Shown here: piece after piece, positions 9,377 through 18,838 of the stretch
How positions within the stretch are numbered: the stretch's first letter is position 1
Layout: each line of letters opens with the position of its first letter
Assembly: GCA_039589315.1 (NCBI GenBank)
Contig: JBDHHQ010000015.1
Coordinates: forward strand, 32,001 to 96,000
Origin: Gemmatimonadota bacterium
GTDB lineage: Bacteria > Gemmatimonadota > Gemmatimonadetes > Longimicrobiales > Gaopeijiaceae
Direction of reading: 5' to 3'
Length of the DNA: 64,000 nucleotides
The notes under the pieces: model-generated
Databases searched by the model: none
Seen by the model: only the letters and a program-made list of their open reading frames with translations
Told to the model about the DNA's origin: nothing
Position numbers and translations under genes: made by a program

Positions 9377-10594
9377 ATGACCCACTCACGACGGGCTTTC
9401 CTCCGCTTCCTCGCCGGTAGCCCGCTCCTGTCGCTGGGCGGGCTCCCGGGGTGCAGCAGCCGAGATGCGGTCGCCGGCCAGCTGGCGGACCGCACCGGTG
9501 GAAGCGGCCAACTGGGCGACCCGATCACGGCTCCGGACGAGGCCCTCAACGTCTTCGACTTCGCCACCGTTGCCGAGGCGAACCTCCCGCCGGCCCACTG
9601 GGGCTACCTTGCCACGGGAGTCGATGACGATCGGCAGCTCCAGGTCAACCGCGAGGGGTTCGAGCGGTTCCACCTACGCCCGCGCCGCCTGGTGGATGTG
9701 GCGGATCCTGAAACAGGCGTCGCGCTTCTTGGCGAGCGCTGGGAGACCCCGATCGTCATCTGCCCCTGCGGAAGCCAGGGCGCCTTCCATGAGGACGGCG
9801 AGCTCGCCACTGCGAGAGCGGCCCGGTCGCGAGACCATCTGATGATGCTCTCCAACGTGTCTTCCACCGGCGTTGAGGACGTGATCGCGGCTCGCGGGGC
9901 TCCCGTCTGGCAACAGCTGTATCCCACGGACAGCTGGGCCGTCGCCGAGGGGGTCGTTCGACGAGCAGAGGCCGCCGGATGCCCCGTCGTCGTGCTGACC
10001 GTCGACCTTCAGCCGGGCGGTAACCGGGAGACCCTGGAGCGATATGTCCGAACCGACTCCAGGGACTGTGGTCGTTGTCACACCGGCCAGCGGAAACCCA
10101 TGTACGAGGGCCTGGACCTGTCGGGAGTGGAGGAGGTGCCTACGACGCTCACGTGGGAGTTCGTGGAGCGGTTGCGCGAAGCGACCAGCATGCAGGTGAT
10201 CGTCAAGGGGATCGGCACCGCCGAGGACGCGCACCTCTGCGTGGAGAGCGGCATCGACGGCGTGGTCGTCTCCAACCACGGGGGACGGGCTGACGACTTC
10301 GGCCTGTCGACGATCGAGATGCTGCCCGAGGTGGTGGCGGCCGTTCAGGGCCGGATCCCCGTCATCGTGGACGGTGGCGTCCGGCGCGGCACCGACATCC
10401 TCAAGGCCATGGCGTTGGGCGCCACCGCCGTGGGGATCGGCCGGCCGTATCTGTGGGGTCTGGGCGCGTTCGGGCAAGCGGGAGTCGAGGCCGTGCTGGA
10501 TCTGTTGCGTGCCGAGCTGCTGCTGGCCATGCAGCAGGCCGGGATCCCGTCGCTCGGCGAGATCCCCGCCGCCGCCGTGGGGACGCGTGCGTAA
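9377..10594 (+). CDS. FMN-dependent alpha-hydroxy-acid oxidase/dehydrogenase with Tat-type signal and CxxCH motif
   Basis: SNHGGR, DGGVRRGTD, GIGRPYL; N-terminus MTHSRRAFL...LPGC; CGRCH at 10067-10081. Confidence 0.88.
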   Translation: MTHSRRAFLRFLAGSPLLSLGGLPGCSSRDAVAGQLADRTGGSGQLGDPITAPDEALNVFDFATVAEANLPPAHWGYLATGVDDDRQLQVNREGFERFHLRPRRLVDVADPETGVALLGERWETPIVICPCGSQGAFHEDGELATARAARSRDHLMMLSNVSSTGVEDVIAARGAPVWQQLYPTDSWAVAEGVVRRAEAAGCPVVVLTVDLQPGGNRETLERYVRTDSRDCGRCHTGQRKPMYEGLDLSGVEEVPTTLTWEFVERLREATSMQVIVKGIGTAEDAHLCVESGIDGVVVSNHGGRADDFGLSTIEMLPEVVAAVQGRIPVIVDGGVRRGTDILKAMALGATAVGIGRPYLWGLGAFGQAGVEAVLDLLRAELLLAMQQAGIPSLGEIPAAAVGTRA

Positions 10595-10615
10595 CGGCGG
10601 CGGGTGGCGGTCTCG

Positions 10616-11479
10616 CTAGCCCCGCGCGACCTCGGCGGCGATTACGGACGCCGGACGCTCGGGCTGCGCGCCCGACTCCACATACGGCTTCAGCGTCTCG
10701 GCGACCAGCAGCCGCCATCCCTCCGGCATGTGCTTCTCCGCGCCCTCGCCTAGCTCGCCGGTGGTGTCGTCCCGGAACTTGAGCAGGGTGCCGTTTCCAA
10801 TCGGCTCCAGTCCGAAGCTCGTGAAGGAACGCCCCGGCCCACCGTAGGCCGCCGACAGGTCCCCGGCCCACTCCAGCACGGCGCCCGACCGCACCGACGT
10901 GACCGTGGCCCAGAGCGCTCCTTCGCCGTCGCCCCAATCCTCGAACACGCGTCCGCCCACCCGCGGCTCGACGGTGAACCGCACCGGCGAGGGGCCCACG
11001 TAGAAGCCGGCGGGCCACCACGAGGCGGTCTCGCTCGTCAATGCCTCCCACACCCGTTCCGGAGGGGCGTCGATGCGAATCTCGAGCTCGGTGGTGACGG
11101 TTCGGAACTTCCGACTCACGCTCCCGTCCATGCCTCTCTCCTTGTCCCTTTCCGCCACGGTTTTGAGTCGCAGAAGTCGTTCGGCCGCGGTCGCTTCGAA
11201 GGGCGTGATCCACCGCCGGGCGAGCTCCTGGATGGGTACCGGATTCAGGTGATTCCAGCGCTCGCGTCCTCGTCGCCGCACGAACACCAGGTTGGCGTCC
11301 ACGAGCACTTTGAGGTGCTTCATCACACCGAAGCGGCTCAGCTCGAACTCGCCGGACAGGTCACCGGTGGTCCGGGGTCGCTCGCGGAGGAGGTCCAGGA
11401 TGGCGCGTCGGGTCGGGTCGGCCAGTGCCTTCCACACCGCCGCGGGATCTCGCTGGGTTTGCTCGGCTAGGATCAACAT
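10616..11479 (-). CDS. ArsR/SmtB HTH regulator fused to an SRPBCC (AHSA1-like) domain
   Basis: WKALADPTRRAILDLL...HLKVL...RRRGRER, then IRIDAPPERVWEALT...GW. Confidence 0.88.
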   Translation of the reverse strand: MLILAEQTQRDPAAVWKALADPTRRAILDLLRERPRTTGDLSGEFELSRFGVMKHLKVLVDANLVFVRRRGRERWNHLNPVPIQELARRWITPFEATAAERLLRLKTVAERDKERGMDGSVSRKFRTVTTELEIRIDAPPERVWEALTSETASWWPAGFYVGPSPVRFTVEPRVGGRVFEDWGDGEGALWATVTSVRSGAVLEWAGDLSAAYGGPGRSFTSFGLEPIGNGTLLKFRDDTTGELGEGAEKHMPEGWRLLVAETLKPYVESGAQPERPASVIAAEVARG

Positions 11480-11497
11480 GTGACCTAATAGTCACAT
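11478..11497. promoter_or_regulatory. Palindromic operator ATGTGAC-N6-GTCACAT overlapping the ArsR start codon
   Basis: Perfect 7-6-7 AT-rich inverted repeat; overlaps a candidate minus-strand promoter TTGACC(11516-11511)-N17-GACTAT. Confidence 0.75.
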
Positions 11498-11585
11498 ATT
11501 GAGCAAGAGAGGTCAAGGGCCCTTGCCGAGACCCCGCCGGTGCTTCCGTCTTGTGGCGCTCACGCCGACCGCCCATCCTGGCTCC

Positions 11586-12452
11586 ATGACGCCAGAGACC
11601 GTGCCCTTCCGACCCGACCCGAACCTCTACCCGTTCGAGTCCCGCTGGCTGGAATCGAGCGTGGGACCTGTGCACTACATCGACGAGGGCTCGGGTCCGC
11701 CGCTGCTCTTGCTGCACGGCAATCCCACGTGGAGCTTCCTGTACCGGGGCATCGTCATTCGCCTCCGGGACCGGTTCCGGTGCATCGCGCCGGACTACCC
11801 CGGGTTCGGGCTCTCCGTGCATCCCGACGATTACGGGTACACGGCTGCCGAGCACTCCGCGGTCGTGGGAGAGCTGGTGGATCGTCTGGACCTGGACGGC
11901 CTCACGATCATGGGTCAGGACTGGGGGGGACCCATCGGCATGCGTGTGGCCGCCGATCACCTGCCCCGCCTACGGTCGCTCGTGATGGGAAACACGTGGT
12001 ACTGGCCCAGCGACGCGTGGCACATGCGGGCCTTCAGCGCCGTGATGTCCTCCGGATTCATGCAGAACCGGATACTGCAGAGGAATTTCTTCGTCGAGCG
12101 CGTCATGCCGACCGCGGTGAAGCACCGGCTGGCTCCAGAGGTGATGGACCACTACCGAGGGCCGTTGCCGACGCCCCTGAGCCGGGTGGGCGTGGCCGAA
12201 TTCCCGAGGCAGCTCACCAGCGCGACTCCCTGGCTCCAGGAGATCGCCGACGACGTGCGGATCCACATGGGCAACGTGCCGTTGCTCCTGGTCTGGGGCA
12301 TCGGCGACCTGGCGTTCACCGCGAAGTTCATGGACCGGTTCCGGATTGACTTCGCCGACGTTAGCACCACTCGCCTGGACGCGAAGCACTACATCCAGGA
12401 GGACTGCCCGGCCGAGATCTCGGATGCGATCGGCCGGTTCCTCGAGGCGTAG
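11586..12452 (+). CDS. Alpha/beta hydrolase, haloalkane dehalogenase/OleB-like
   Basis: LLHGNPTWSFLYR, APDYPGFGLS, nucleophile GQDWGG, catalytic His in KHYIQED. Confidence 0.85.
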   Translation: MTPETVPFRPDPNLYPFESRWLESSVGPVHYIDEGSGPPLLLLHGNPTWSFLYRGIVIRLRDRFRCIAPDYPGFGLSVHPDDYGYTAAEHSAVVGELVDRLDLDGLTIMGQDWGGPIGMRVAADHLPRLRSLVMGNTWYWPSDAWHMRAFSAVMSSGFMQNRILQRNFFVERVMPTAVKHRLAPEVMDHYRGPLPTPLSRVGVAEFPRQLTSATPWLQEIADDVRIHMGNVPLLLVWGIGDLAFTAKFMDRFRIDFADVSTTRLDAKHYIQEDCPAEISDAIGRFLEA

Positions 12453-12485
12453 GGTTGCGGCGCCGACTACGGACGCCTCAAACCC

Positions 12486-13772
12486 TCAGTGCACGGTCGT
12501 CGGGTCGACCCGGGTGGGAGTCTCCCGACCCGACACCATCGTTTCCGCGCCGGCGGCAATCGCTCGGATCGTACTGGTCAGGTGGTCCAGATCGAGTGTC
12601 TCCACGTGATCCGAGACCTGATGGTAGTCGGTGTCCGCGTCGATCGGTGTGGTGCTGATTGAGTGCGCGGGCACGCCGAGGCGAGCCAGAGTGGCGTTGT
12701 CGGACCGGTAGAAGAGGTTCTGCTCGGGGTACGGATCCGCGTAGAAGGAGTACCCCGTCCCCTCCACGGAGCGCTGGAGGATGGCCCCGAAGTCGGACCG
12801 GTCGAAGCCGGTGATCCACGCCGTGTTCGGGCCGTTGACAGCCGGCTTGCCGACCATCTCGATGTTGAACATGGCCACGATCTGATCGGGATCCACCTGG
12901 TTCGAGAAGTGACGTGACCCGAAGCCGCCGCCCTCCTCGGCGGTGAACGCGGCGAACAACAGCGTGCGCTCAGGGATGCCCATCGCCGCGAAGAAGCGGG
13001 CGAGCTCAATGAGCGCCGTCGTCCCCGAGGCATTGTCGTTGGCGCCGTTCGCGATAGAGTCCCCATCCACCGCCGGCCGGATGCCGATGTGGTCGTAGTG
13101 GGCGCTGAACAGCACGATCTCGCCGGAGCGGCGACCCTCGATCTTCCCCACCACATTGGCCAGCTCGGGCGTGAGCACTGAGCCACCCACGGCAACCGAG
13201 AACACTTCTCCACCCAGGTCGGGTGCCAAGACGAATACGGTGCTGGCACCACCGTCGGGACTCATGCGGAAGCGAGGCCGGGACAGAAGGCCCCGGACCC
13301 GTTCGAAGGCCTCGGCGTGGGACGGGTGGACCAGTACCAGGGCATCGTCCACTCCCTGGAGGGCCTGGAAAAGACCACCAGGCTCCCGGTCGGCGTCGAT
13401 CCGGATGACGGCCACCCCGGTTGTCTGGTCCCAGTCGATCGAAAGCGCCGCGAGGGAAATGGCCACGTGCTCCTCGGGCACCTGCGTGCCGTCGATGATC
13501 ACGGTCGCCTCGTTCACCTGGCTGCCGTAGACCTGGAACGCCTGCCGGTAGCTCTCGCTCTCGGCCACGGTCTCCAGCCCGATCTTCCGGAACTCCCCCG
13601 CGATGAAGTCGGCGGCCTGGTCGATGGCAGGGCCGAAGGCGCTCCGCCCCCGCATCTCGTCCGCAGCCAGCGTCGTGATGATCCGCTCCACCTCGGATCT
13701 GGAGATCTCGGGCTCGGCCCCACGGGAACACGCGATCGAGACGAGTAGAACAGGGAGGAGCAGACGTTTCAT
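12486..13772 (-). CDS. M28 family metallopeptidase, lipoprotein
   Basis: Lipobox MKRLLLPVLLVSIAC; SAHYDH, GANDNASG, FTAEE, YHQVSD. Confidence 0.88.
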   Translation of the reverse strand: MKRLLLPVLLVSIACSRGAEPEISRSEVERIITTLAADEMRGRSAFGPAIDQAADFIAGEFRKIGLETVAESESYRQAFQVYGSQVNEATVIIDGTQVPEEHVAISLAALSIDWDQTTGVAVIRIDADREPGGLFQALQGVDDALVLVHPSHAEAFERVRGLLSRPRFRMSPDGGASTVFVLAPDLGGEVFSVAVGGSVLTPELANVVGKIEGRRSGEIVLFSAHYDHIGIRPAVDGDSIANGANDNASGTTALIELARFFAAMGIPERTLLFAAFTAEEGGGFGSRHFSNQVDPDQIVAMFNIEMVGKPAVNGPNTAWITGFDRSDFGAILQRSVEGTGYSFYADPYPEQNLFYRSDNATLARLGVPAHSISTTPIDADTDYHQVSDHVETLDLDHLTSTIRAIAAGAETMVSGRETPTRVDPTTVH

Positions 13773-13911
13773 GACCAGGCCGGAGCGATGGGTCCGAGGG
13801 CTCGAGGGGTTTCGACCGAGGAGCGCGCGCTGTCGGAGCTCGGGTCCGGAGAGTCGACGAGCCCCCCAAATGCGAGAGACCGACGCCTTGTCGGGCGCCG
13901 GTCTCGCGCGA

Positions 13912-13984
13912 TGGCCGCTGCTGGACTCGAACCAGCGACCCCATCGATGTGAGCGATGTGCTCTACCAGCTGAGCTAAGCGGCC
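13912..13984 (-). tRNA. tRNA-Val (anticodon CAC)
   Basis: GGCCGCTTAGCTCAGCTGGTAGAGCA-CATCG-CT-CAC-AT-CGATG-GGGTC-GCTGG-TTCGAGT-CCAGC-AGCGGCC-A; full cloverleaf, CCA not encoded. Confidence 0.96.
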
Positions 13985-14041
13985 TCGCCGGGCACTGATC
14001 CCGAGCGAAAAAGGGTCCGGGCCTGCTCGCCCGGACCTCCA

Positions 14042-14114
14042 TACCCCCACGGGGACTCGAACCCCGGTCTCTTGGCTGAGAACCAAGTATCCTAGGCCTC
14101 TAGACGATGGGGGC
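14042..14114 (-). tRNA. tRNA-Glu (anticodon CTC)
   Basis: GCCCCCATCGTCTAGAGGCCTAGGATA-CTTGG-TT-CTC-AG-CCAAG-AGAC-CGGGG-TTCGAGT-CCCCG-TGGGGGT-A; CCA not encoded. Confidence 0.96.
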
Positions 14115-14147
14115 GCGGGATGTTCCGCCTCGGAGAGGCAGGCGCCA

Positions 14148-14176
14148 AAGATAATCCTGGCCACGGGGCAGTTCAA
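14148..14176 (-). promoter_or_regulatory. Sigma70-type promoter for the tRNA pair
   Basis: TTGAAC-N17-TATCTT followed by a GC-rich discriminator, about 35 nt upstream of tRNA-Glu. Confidence 0.65.
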
Positions 14177-14269
14177 CCCTTCACGCCGGCGGTGGGGATC
14201 CCCTCTTGCGGCGCGGTTTACCTTATGGCGAAAACCCGGTGATCCAGAGGGCCAGAGGGGGAGTGCCAG

Positions 14270-14560
14270 ATGGCCGAAAAACTGAACGACGAATCGATCG
14301 AAGGCTGGCTACGAGGCCGTCAGGGCTGGAAGCGGAAGGGCGACGCTCTGACGAAGGAATACGGCTTCGAGTCCTTCCGCAACGTGATCGTCTTCGTGAA
14401 TCGCGTGGCCAGCCTGGCGGACGACGCGAACCACCATCCGGACATCGATATCCGCTACAACAAGGTCCGACTCACCCTGACGACCCACGAGTCCGAGGGG
14501 ATCACCGACAAGGATCTGGATCTGGCCGAGCGCGTGGACTTCGCAACCTCGGCCCGCTGA
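14270..14560 (+). CDS. phhB: Pterin-4-alpha-carbinolamine dehydratase
   Basis: 96 aa; ANHHPDI, LTTHESEGITDKD. Confidence 0.9.
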   Translation: MAEKLNDESIEGWLRGRQGWKRKGDALTKEYGFESFRNVIVFVNRVASLADDANHHPDIDIRYNKVRLTLTTHESEGITDKDLDLAERVDFATSAR

Positions 14561-14654
14561 GCCCCCACCCCGAGCTCGCTGGCAACCCCTCCATCCCGCC
14601 ACATGGCGGTCCCACCTTCGACCCACCCGTTGACTCGTCCGAGCCCCGGGCCCC

Positions 14655-15320
14655 TCAAGGGGTGATCTGAAGCACCGCTGTCAGCTCCCGCACCACGAAG
14701 TCGGGCTGGGTCGGGAGCAGGGACTCCTCGTCGAAGGGCCCCCACAGCGCGGCCGCGGTGCGGACCCCGCCTCGCCGTCCCGCCTCCATGTCGAAGGGCG
14801 AGTCGCCCACGAACAGGACCCGCCGCCTTCGGTGGATCCCCAATAGGTGCAGGGCCCGCTCCACGGGCTCGGGGTGGGGTTTCCCGTTGGCCACGTGATC
14901 GGCGCAGACCACGACCTGGAAGTGGTCCCAAAGCTCGCAGACCTCCAGCGTGCGCTGGGCGATACCGCTGCGCTTGCTGGTCACCACACCCAGCGCCGTG
15001 CCCCGCTCGCTCAGGCTCGTCAGCACCTCGTGCGCCGATGGATAGGGGCGCGTCATCTCGTCGTGGACGCTCCGCTGGTAAGTGACGTACGTGTCCAGCA
15101 TCGCCTCCGCCTCGGCTTCGGTCCGCGCGAAGACCTGCAACTGGTCGTGCAGGGGACGCCCGAGCATGTCGAGCCAGCGCTGGTCCGGAGGAGCCTCCCC
15201 CAGGTGGACCCGCATGGTGTGCCGGTAGGATTCGAGGATGAGCGCTACGGTGTCCGCAAGGGTGCCGTCCAGATCGAAGAGGACGGCGTCCCAGCCGGGC
15301 GCGTCATCAGGTTCCGTCAT
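14655..15320 (-). CDS. HAD-superfamily phosphatase (PpaX/Gph-like)
   Basis: FDLDGTL, VVTSK, KPHPEP, VGDSPFD; ATG 15320 overlaps the upstream stop (ATGA). Confidence 0.88.
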   Translation of the reverse strand: MTEPDDAPGWDAVLFDLDGTLADTVALILESYRHTMRVHLGEAPPDQRWLDMLGRPLHDQLQVFARTEAEAEAMLDTYVTYQRSVHDEMTRPYPSAHEVLTSLSERGTALGVVTSKRSGIAQRTLEVCELWDHFQVVVCADHVANGKPHPEPVERALHLLGIHRRRRVLFVGDSPFDMEAGRRGGVRTAAALWGPFDEESLLPTQPDFVVRELTAVLQITP

Positions 15321-16093
15321 GGATGGACCGGCTGCTGGCTCCCCCGCCGGCCTTCGGCCAGGAACATGTGGATCAGGCGGAACGTCTCCTTGTGGTCCAC
15401 CAGCCCCCGGTGGGTCGGGCAGCACACCGTGACGTCCGGCACCCCCGGGAGGGTGGCGTTCTCGCCCGGCACGATGTGGGTATCGACGGGGGTGCGTATC
15501 GTGAAGGCCTCGACCGTCTCCGGGACCGGCGCAACCTCGTTGAGCTGGCTCAGGAACTCGCTCTCGGGCTCCATCTCCTGACCGCCCTCTCCCCAGGCCA
15601 TGTACGCCACCCAGGTGCCCCGCTGGGGCGTCCCGAGGAATACGACGCGGCGGGTGGCCTCGGCCTGGCTCTCCGTAGCCAGGAAGTGACGCACGGCCAG
15701 GCCGCCCATGGAGTGGGCCACGATGTCTACCCGTGGCGAGCCCGTCGCTTCCCGCATCTCGGCCACGGCGGCCGCGACCTCGAGTGCGTGATCCTCGTTG
15801 CTCCCGACCGCATCCCGGAAGCTGATGGCCTTCACCCTGTCCTCCGCCCAGCCGGCCTCGGCCAGGCGCCGTGCCAGCGGCGCCAGGCCCGCAGCCTCGT
15901 CGAACCAGCCCGGGACCAGGATCACCGGTACGTCCCGGGGCCCGGGCTCCGGTGCTGGTGCCGGTGAGCGAAACGCCGCTACCACGGCCACGACTACGAG
16001 GAAGCCCACGGGCCCGAGCGCGACCAGGGCAGCGGCGGCGATGCGGAGAACCCCTCCGATCCCCGGTCCATGCTGCTCTTCTGCGTACGTCAT
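15317..16093 (-). CDS. Membrane-anchored alpha/beta-fold lipase/esterase
   Basis: N-terminal hydrophobic helix; PVILVPGW, AHSMGG, LGTPQRG; start 16093 or 16111. Confidence 0.8.
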   Translation of the reverse strand: MTYAEEQHGPGIGGVLRIAAAALVALGPVGFLVVVAVVAAFRSPAPAPEPGPRDVPVILVPGWFDEAAGLAPLARRLAEAGWAEDRVKAISFRDAVGSNEDHALEVAAAVAEMREATGSPRVDIVAHSMGGLAVRHFLATESQAEATRRVVFLGTPQRGTWVAYMAWGEGGQEMEPESEFLSQLNEVAPVPETVEAFTIRTPVDTHIVPGENATLPGVPDVTVCCPTHRGLVDHKETFRLIHMFLAEGRRGSQQPVHP

Positions 16094-16143
16094 CAGGCAA
16101 ATATACCCCATCACGCTGCTGGGGATCGACTGCGATCGGGTGC

Positions 16144-17487
16144 CTAGGCGCTCTGGATCTCCTCCAGCACGCAAGCGGTCAGCGTTGCGATGCCCCATTC
16201 GGCCTGTGCGTCCGTCAGCATCGCGGGGGGCGTGAGCTCCACCACATGGCCGACGTCCCCGGCAGGTAGGACGATCAGGCCCTTTGCCAGGGCTCGCTCC
16301 GCCACCGCCGCCCCTCCACCGGCCAGCGGCAACCCATCCGGCGCTGCCAACTCCACGGCCAGCATGAGACCTCGTCCACGCACTTCTCTCACACCGTCTG
16401 CCCCGGCGAGGGCATCCACGAGGCCTCGCATCAACGAGTCGCCGCGCGTCCGTACGCGTCGGAGCAGGTCCCCCTCCTCCAGCTCGTCGAGGAATCCCAG
16501 CGCCGCGGCGGCAGACAGCGGGTGCCCGAGGAAGGTGCTGGTGTGCAGCGCCTCACCGCTGGCCTTCGGCCAGGCATCCATGACTTCTGCCCGCGCCATG
16601 CACGCGCCGATCGGCAGTCCCCCTCCCAGAGCCTTCCCGACGCACAGCACGTCGGGAACGGCGTCGTCGGCCGGACCGGCAAACAGATCCCCGGTGCGCC
16701 CAAAACCGGTGAACACCTCGTCCATGACCAAGACGCAGCCTGCGTCCCTGACGAGGCGAGCGAGCTCGGAGAGGAAACGGCGTGGTGGGACCAGAACACC
16801 GGCCCGGCCCTGGATCGGTTCTACGATGACCGTGCCGATAGGGTGGCCACCGGGAGCGCCGACGTCGATGAAGCCCGCCACCTCCTCCAGCGCCCGCGCA
16901 GCCGAGGCGTCGTCCGTGGGGAACGACGCGAAGGAAACCCCCGAGAACAGGCTGTCCCGGAACGGCGCCCGGAAGTGAGCCCGGTGAGTCACCGCCAGGG
17001 CACCTGCCGTCAGGCCATGGTAGCCACCCCGGAACGACAGCACTCCAGAGCGGCCGCTGGCCAAGGCACCGGTCTTCAACGCCGCCTCCACGGCTTCCGA
17101 CCCCGATCCGCACAGCAGTGTGCGGGTCCGGTTCCAGGGCGAGAGGTGGGCGAGGCGCTCCAGCAGCTCGACCTTTCCGGCAGGGGGGTGCACGTCACCC
17201 ATTCCGTGCACCAGCTGTTCCGTCTGGGCCGCGACCCGGGCGGTCACCAACGGATTACGGTGGCCGGCCAGGGCCACACCGAACGCGCCGGTGAAGTCCA
17301 GGAAGACGTTGTCGTCGGCATCCCGCACGTTGGCCCCCCTGGCCTCCTCCCAGAAGACGGGGAAGGCCTCGCCGAGGAACGTGACGTTGCGCGACTCCAC
17401 CGCGCGCAAGCGGCCGGCCAACGCCTTCGATGCTCGGCCTGGCACCGGTCCACGGAGCCTGGGCAGCTCCATGCCGAAGTCGGTCAT
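16144..17487 (-). CDS. Class III PLP aminotransferase (GabT/ArgD-like)
   Basis: SGSEAVE, YHG, EPIQG, DEVFTGFGRTG, GKALGGG. Confidence 0.9.
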   Translation of the reverse strand: MTDFGMELPRLRGPVPGRASKALAGRLRAVESRNVTFLGEAFPVFWEEARGANVRDADDNVFLDFTGAFGVALAGHRNPLVTARVAAQTEQLVHGMGDVHPPAGKVELLERLAHLSPWNRTRTLLCGSGSEAVEAALKTGALASGRSGVLSFRGGYHGLTAGALAVTHRAHFRAPFRDSLFSGVSFASFPTDDASAARALEEVAGFIDVGAPGGHPIGTVIVEPIQGRAGVLVPPRRFLSELARLVRDAGCVLVMDEVFTGFGRTGDLFAGPADDAVPDVLCVGKALGGGLPIGACMARAEVMDAWPKASGEALHTSTFLGHPLSAAAALGFLDELEEGDLLRRVRTRGDSLMRGLVDALAGADGVREVRGRGLMLAVELAAPDGLPLAGGGAAVAERALAKGLIVLPAGDVGHVVELTPPAMLTDAQAEWGIATLTACVLEEIQSA

Positions 17488-17503
17488 GATCCCCCCCGTG
17501 GCA

Positions 17504-18655
17504 TCACCGGCCCAACCTCGCGGAGACCCAGAAGAGCAGGCCGGCCGTGAAGGCCAGCGCCAGCACCGCGCCGATGGCCCCCCCTTCCTGGACGCCGAGG
17601 AACCAGGCCGCCAACGTCAGTGCCAGACCGGCGGCCACCACCACGGGCCGCGAGCGTGTCACCAGTGCGTACCACAGCCAGACGGCCCCGTACGCAGCCA
17701 CCACTATCGACGTCCCGATCTCCTCGAGGTCCAGCGGCTCCGCCGCGGTCCAGAAGGCGAGCAAGATGCCCAGGGTGACCGCCAACCCCAGCTGACGGCC
17801 GTACCACGTGCGCTGGAGCGCTGGCGGCGCCCGGTGGATGCCCCAGAGGGTGAGGGCCACGGTGATCACCCACCAGAGATCCGCGGCCACCGCTGCCCCG
17901 TCGTCCAGATTCAGGGGTGCCAATGCCGTCAGCAAGACCAGAATCAGGCCGGCGTAAACGCTCGCGACGAATGCGTTCAGGGCCCAGTCCGACCGCGGCT
18001 CGCCGTAGCCGGCGCGAATCTGGTGCACCAGCAGCAGAACCGAGACCACCAGCACGCCGTCCAGCACCCAGACGATCTCGTCCAGGTGCATGCCCAGTCC
18101 CCGAGCCATGAAGAGACCGAGGAAGGCGTAGCCGAATGCGGCGTGGACAGCCGGCATGATGGGATTCCGCCGGATCGACAGCCACGCCGTCACCAACGGC
18201 ACCCCGAGTCCGACCCCGGCCACCGCCATCGCCCCCGGGCTGGCGTTCTCCCAGGCGTGCTCCGAGTAGGCCACCGCACACAGGAGGATGCCCAGACCCG
18301 CGGTCTGCATGAGGTACGAGGCGGGAATCCACCGATCCCGCCTCTCGAGCCACATGCCCAGGAACTTCACCGCCAGCGCGGCGACGATGAGGACCATGAC
18401 CCTGGCTTCCTCCACCATCACGGGCCAGGCCCACGCCACGAACGTGCCGGCCGCGGTGAGGAGGACCACCGCTCCTGTGCCCGCCACGATGTACTGCACC
18501 CAGCGAGTCCCTGCCCGGGCCGTGGATTCCTCGACCTCCGCCCGCAGCGCGTGGGCCAGCTCCGGCGCCACCAGGCCCCGGGCCTCCCATCGATCGAGGG
18601 CCGCCAGCACTGCACCACGCGTGGACGCTATCCTCGCCTCCCTTGGTCTCGACAC
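17504..18655 (-). CDS. Multi-pass membrane protein, DUF2157-like (start uncertain)
   Basis: LDRWEARGLV N-terminal motif followed by about 11 hydrophobic segments. Confidence 0.65.
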   Translation of the reverse strand: MSRPREARIASTRGAVLAALDRWEARGLVAPELAHALRAEVEESTARAGTRWVQYIVAGTGAVVLLTAAGTFVAWAWPVMVEEARVMVLIVAALAVKFLGMWLERRDRWIPASYLMQTAGLGILLCAVAYSEHAWENASPGAMAVAGVGLGVPLVTAWLSIRRNPIMPAVHAAFGYAFLGLFMARGLGMHLDEIVWVLDGVLVVSVLLLVHQIRAGYGEPRSDWALNAFVASVYAGLILVLLTALAPLNLDDGAAVAADLWWVITVALTLWGIHRAPPALQRTWYGRQLGLAVTLGILLAFWTAAEPLDLEEIGTSIVVAAYGAVWLWYALVTRSRPVVVAAGLALTLAAWFLGVQEGGAIGAVLALAFTAGLLFWVSARLGR

Positions 18656-18838
18656 ACCGGGCTGGGCCGGTCACCGCCAGGGCACCAGCCCACACGATAT
18701 GGCCTCGGTAGGAGCCTGGGGCTGCTCTCGGGTCGAGGCACCGCAGCAGGACCCGGGGGTACCAGGGGCCCCAATGGCCTTGCCGGGTCCCCGGTGTTCA
18801 CGACGCCGCTTCCCAGACACAATCAAGGAGACCGCACC

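Noticed and set aside
13912..14114. tRNA pair as an integration site for a genomic island
   Set aside because: No integrase and no duplicated tRNA 3' end; the GGACTCGAACC match near 36190 is a short coincidence inside a CDS.
18660..18838. SAM riboswitch upstream of the Met/Cys PLP enzyme
   Set aside because: Only a GGACCCGG/CCGGGTCC stem is visible; no SAM-I or SAM-II consensus elements.
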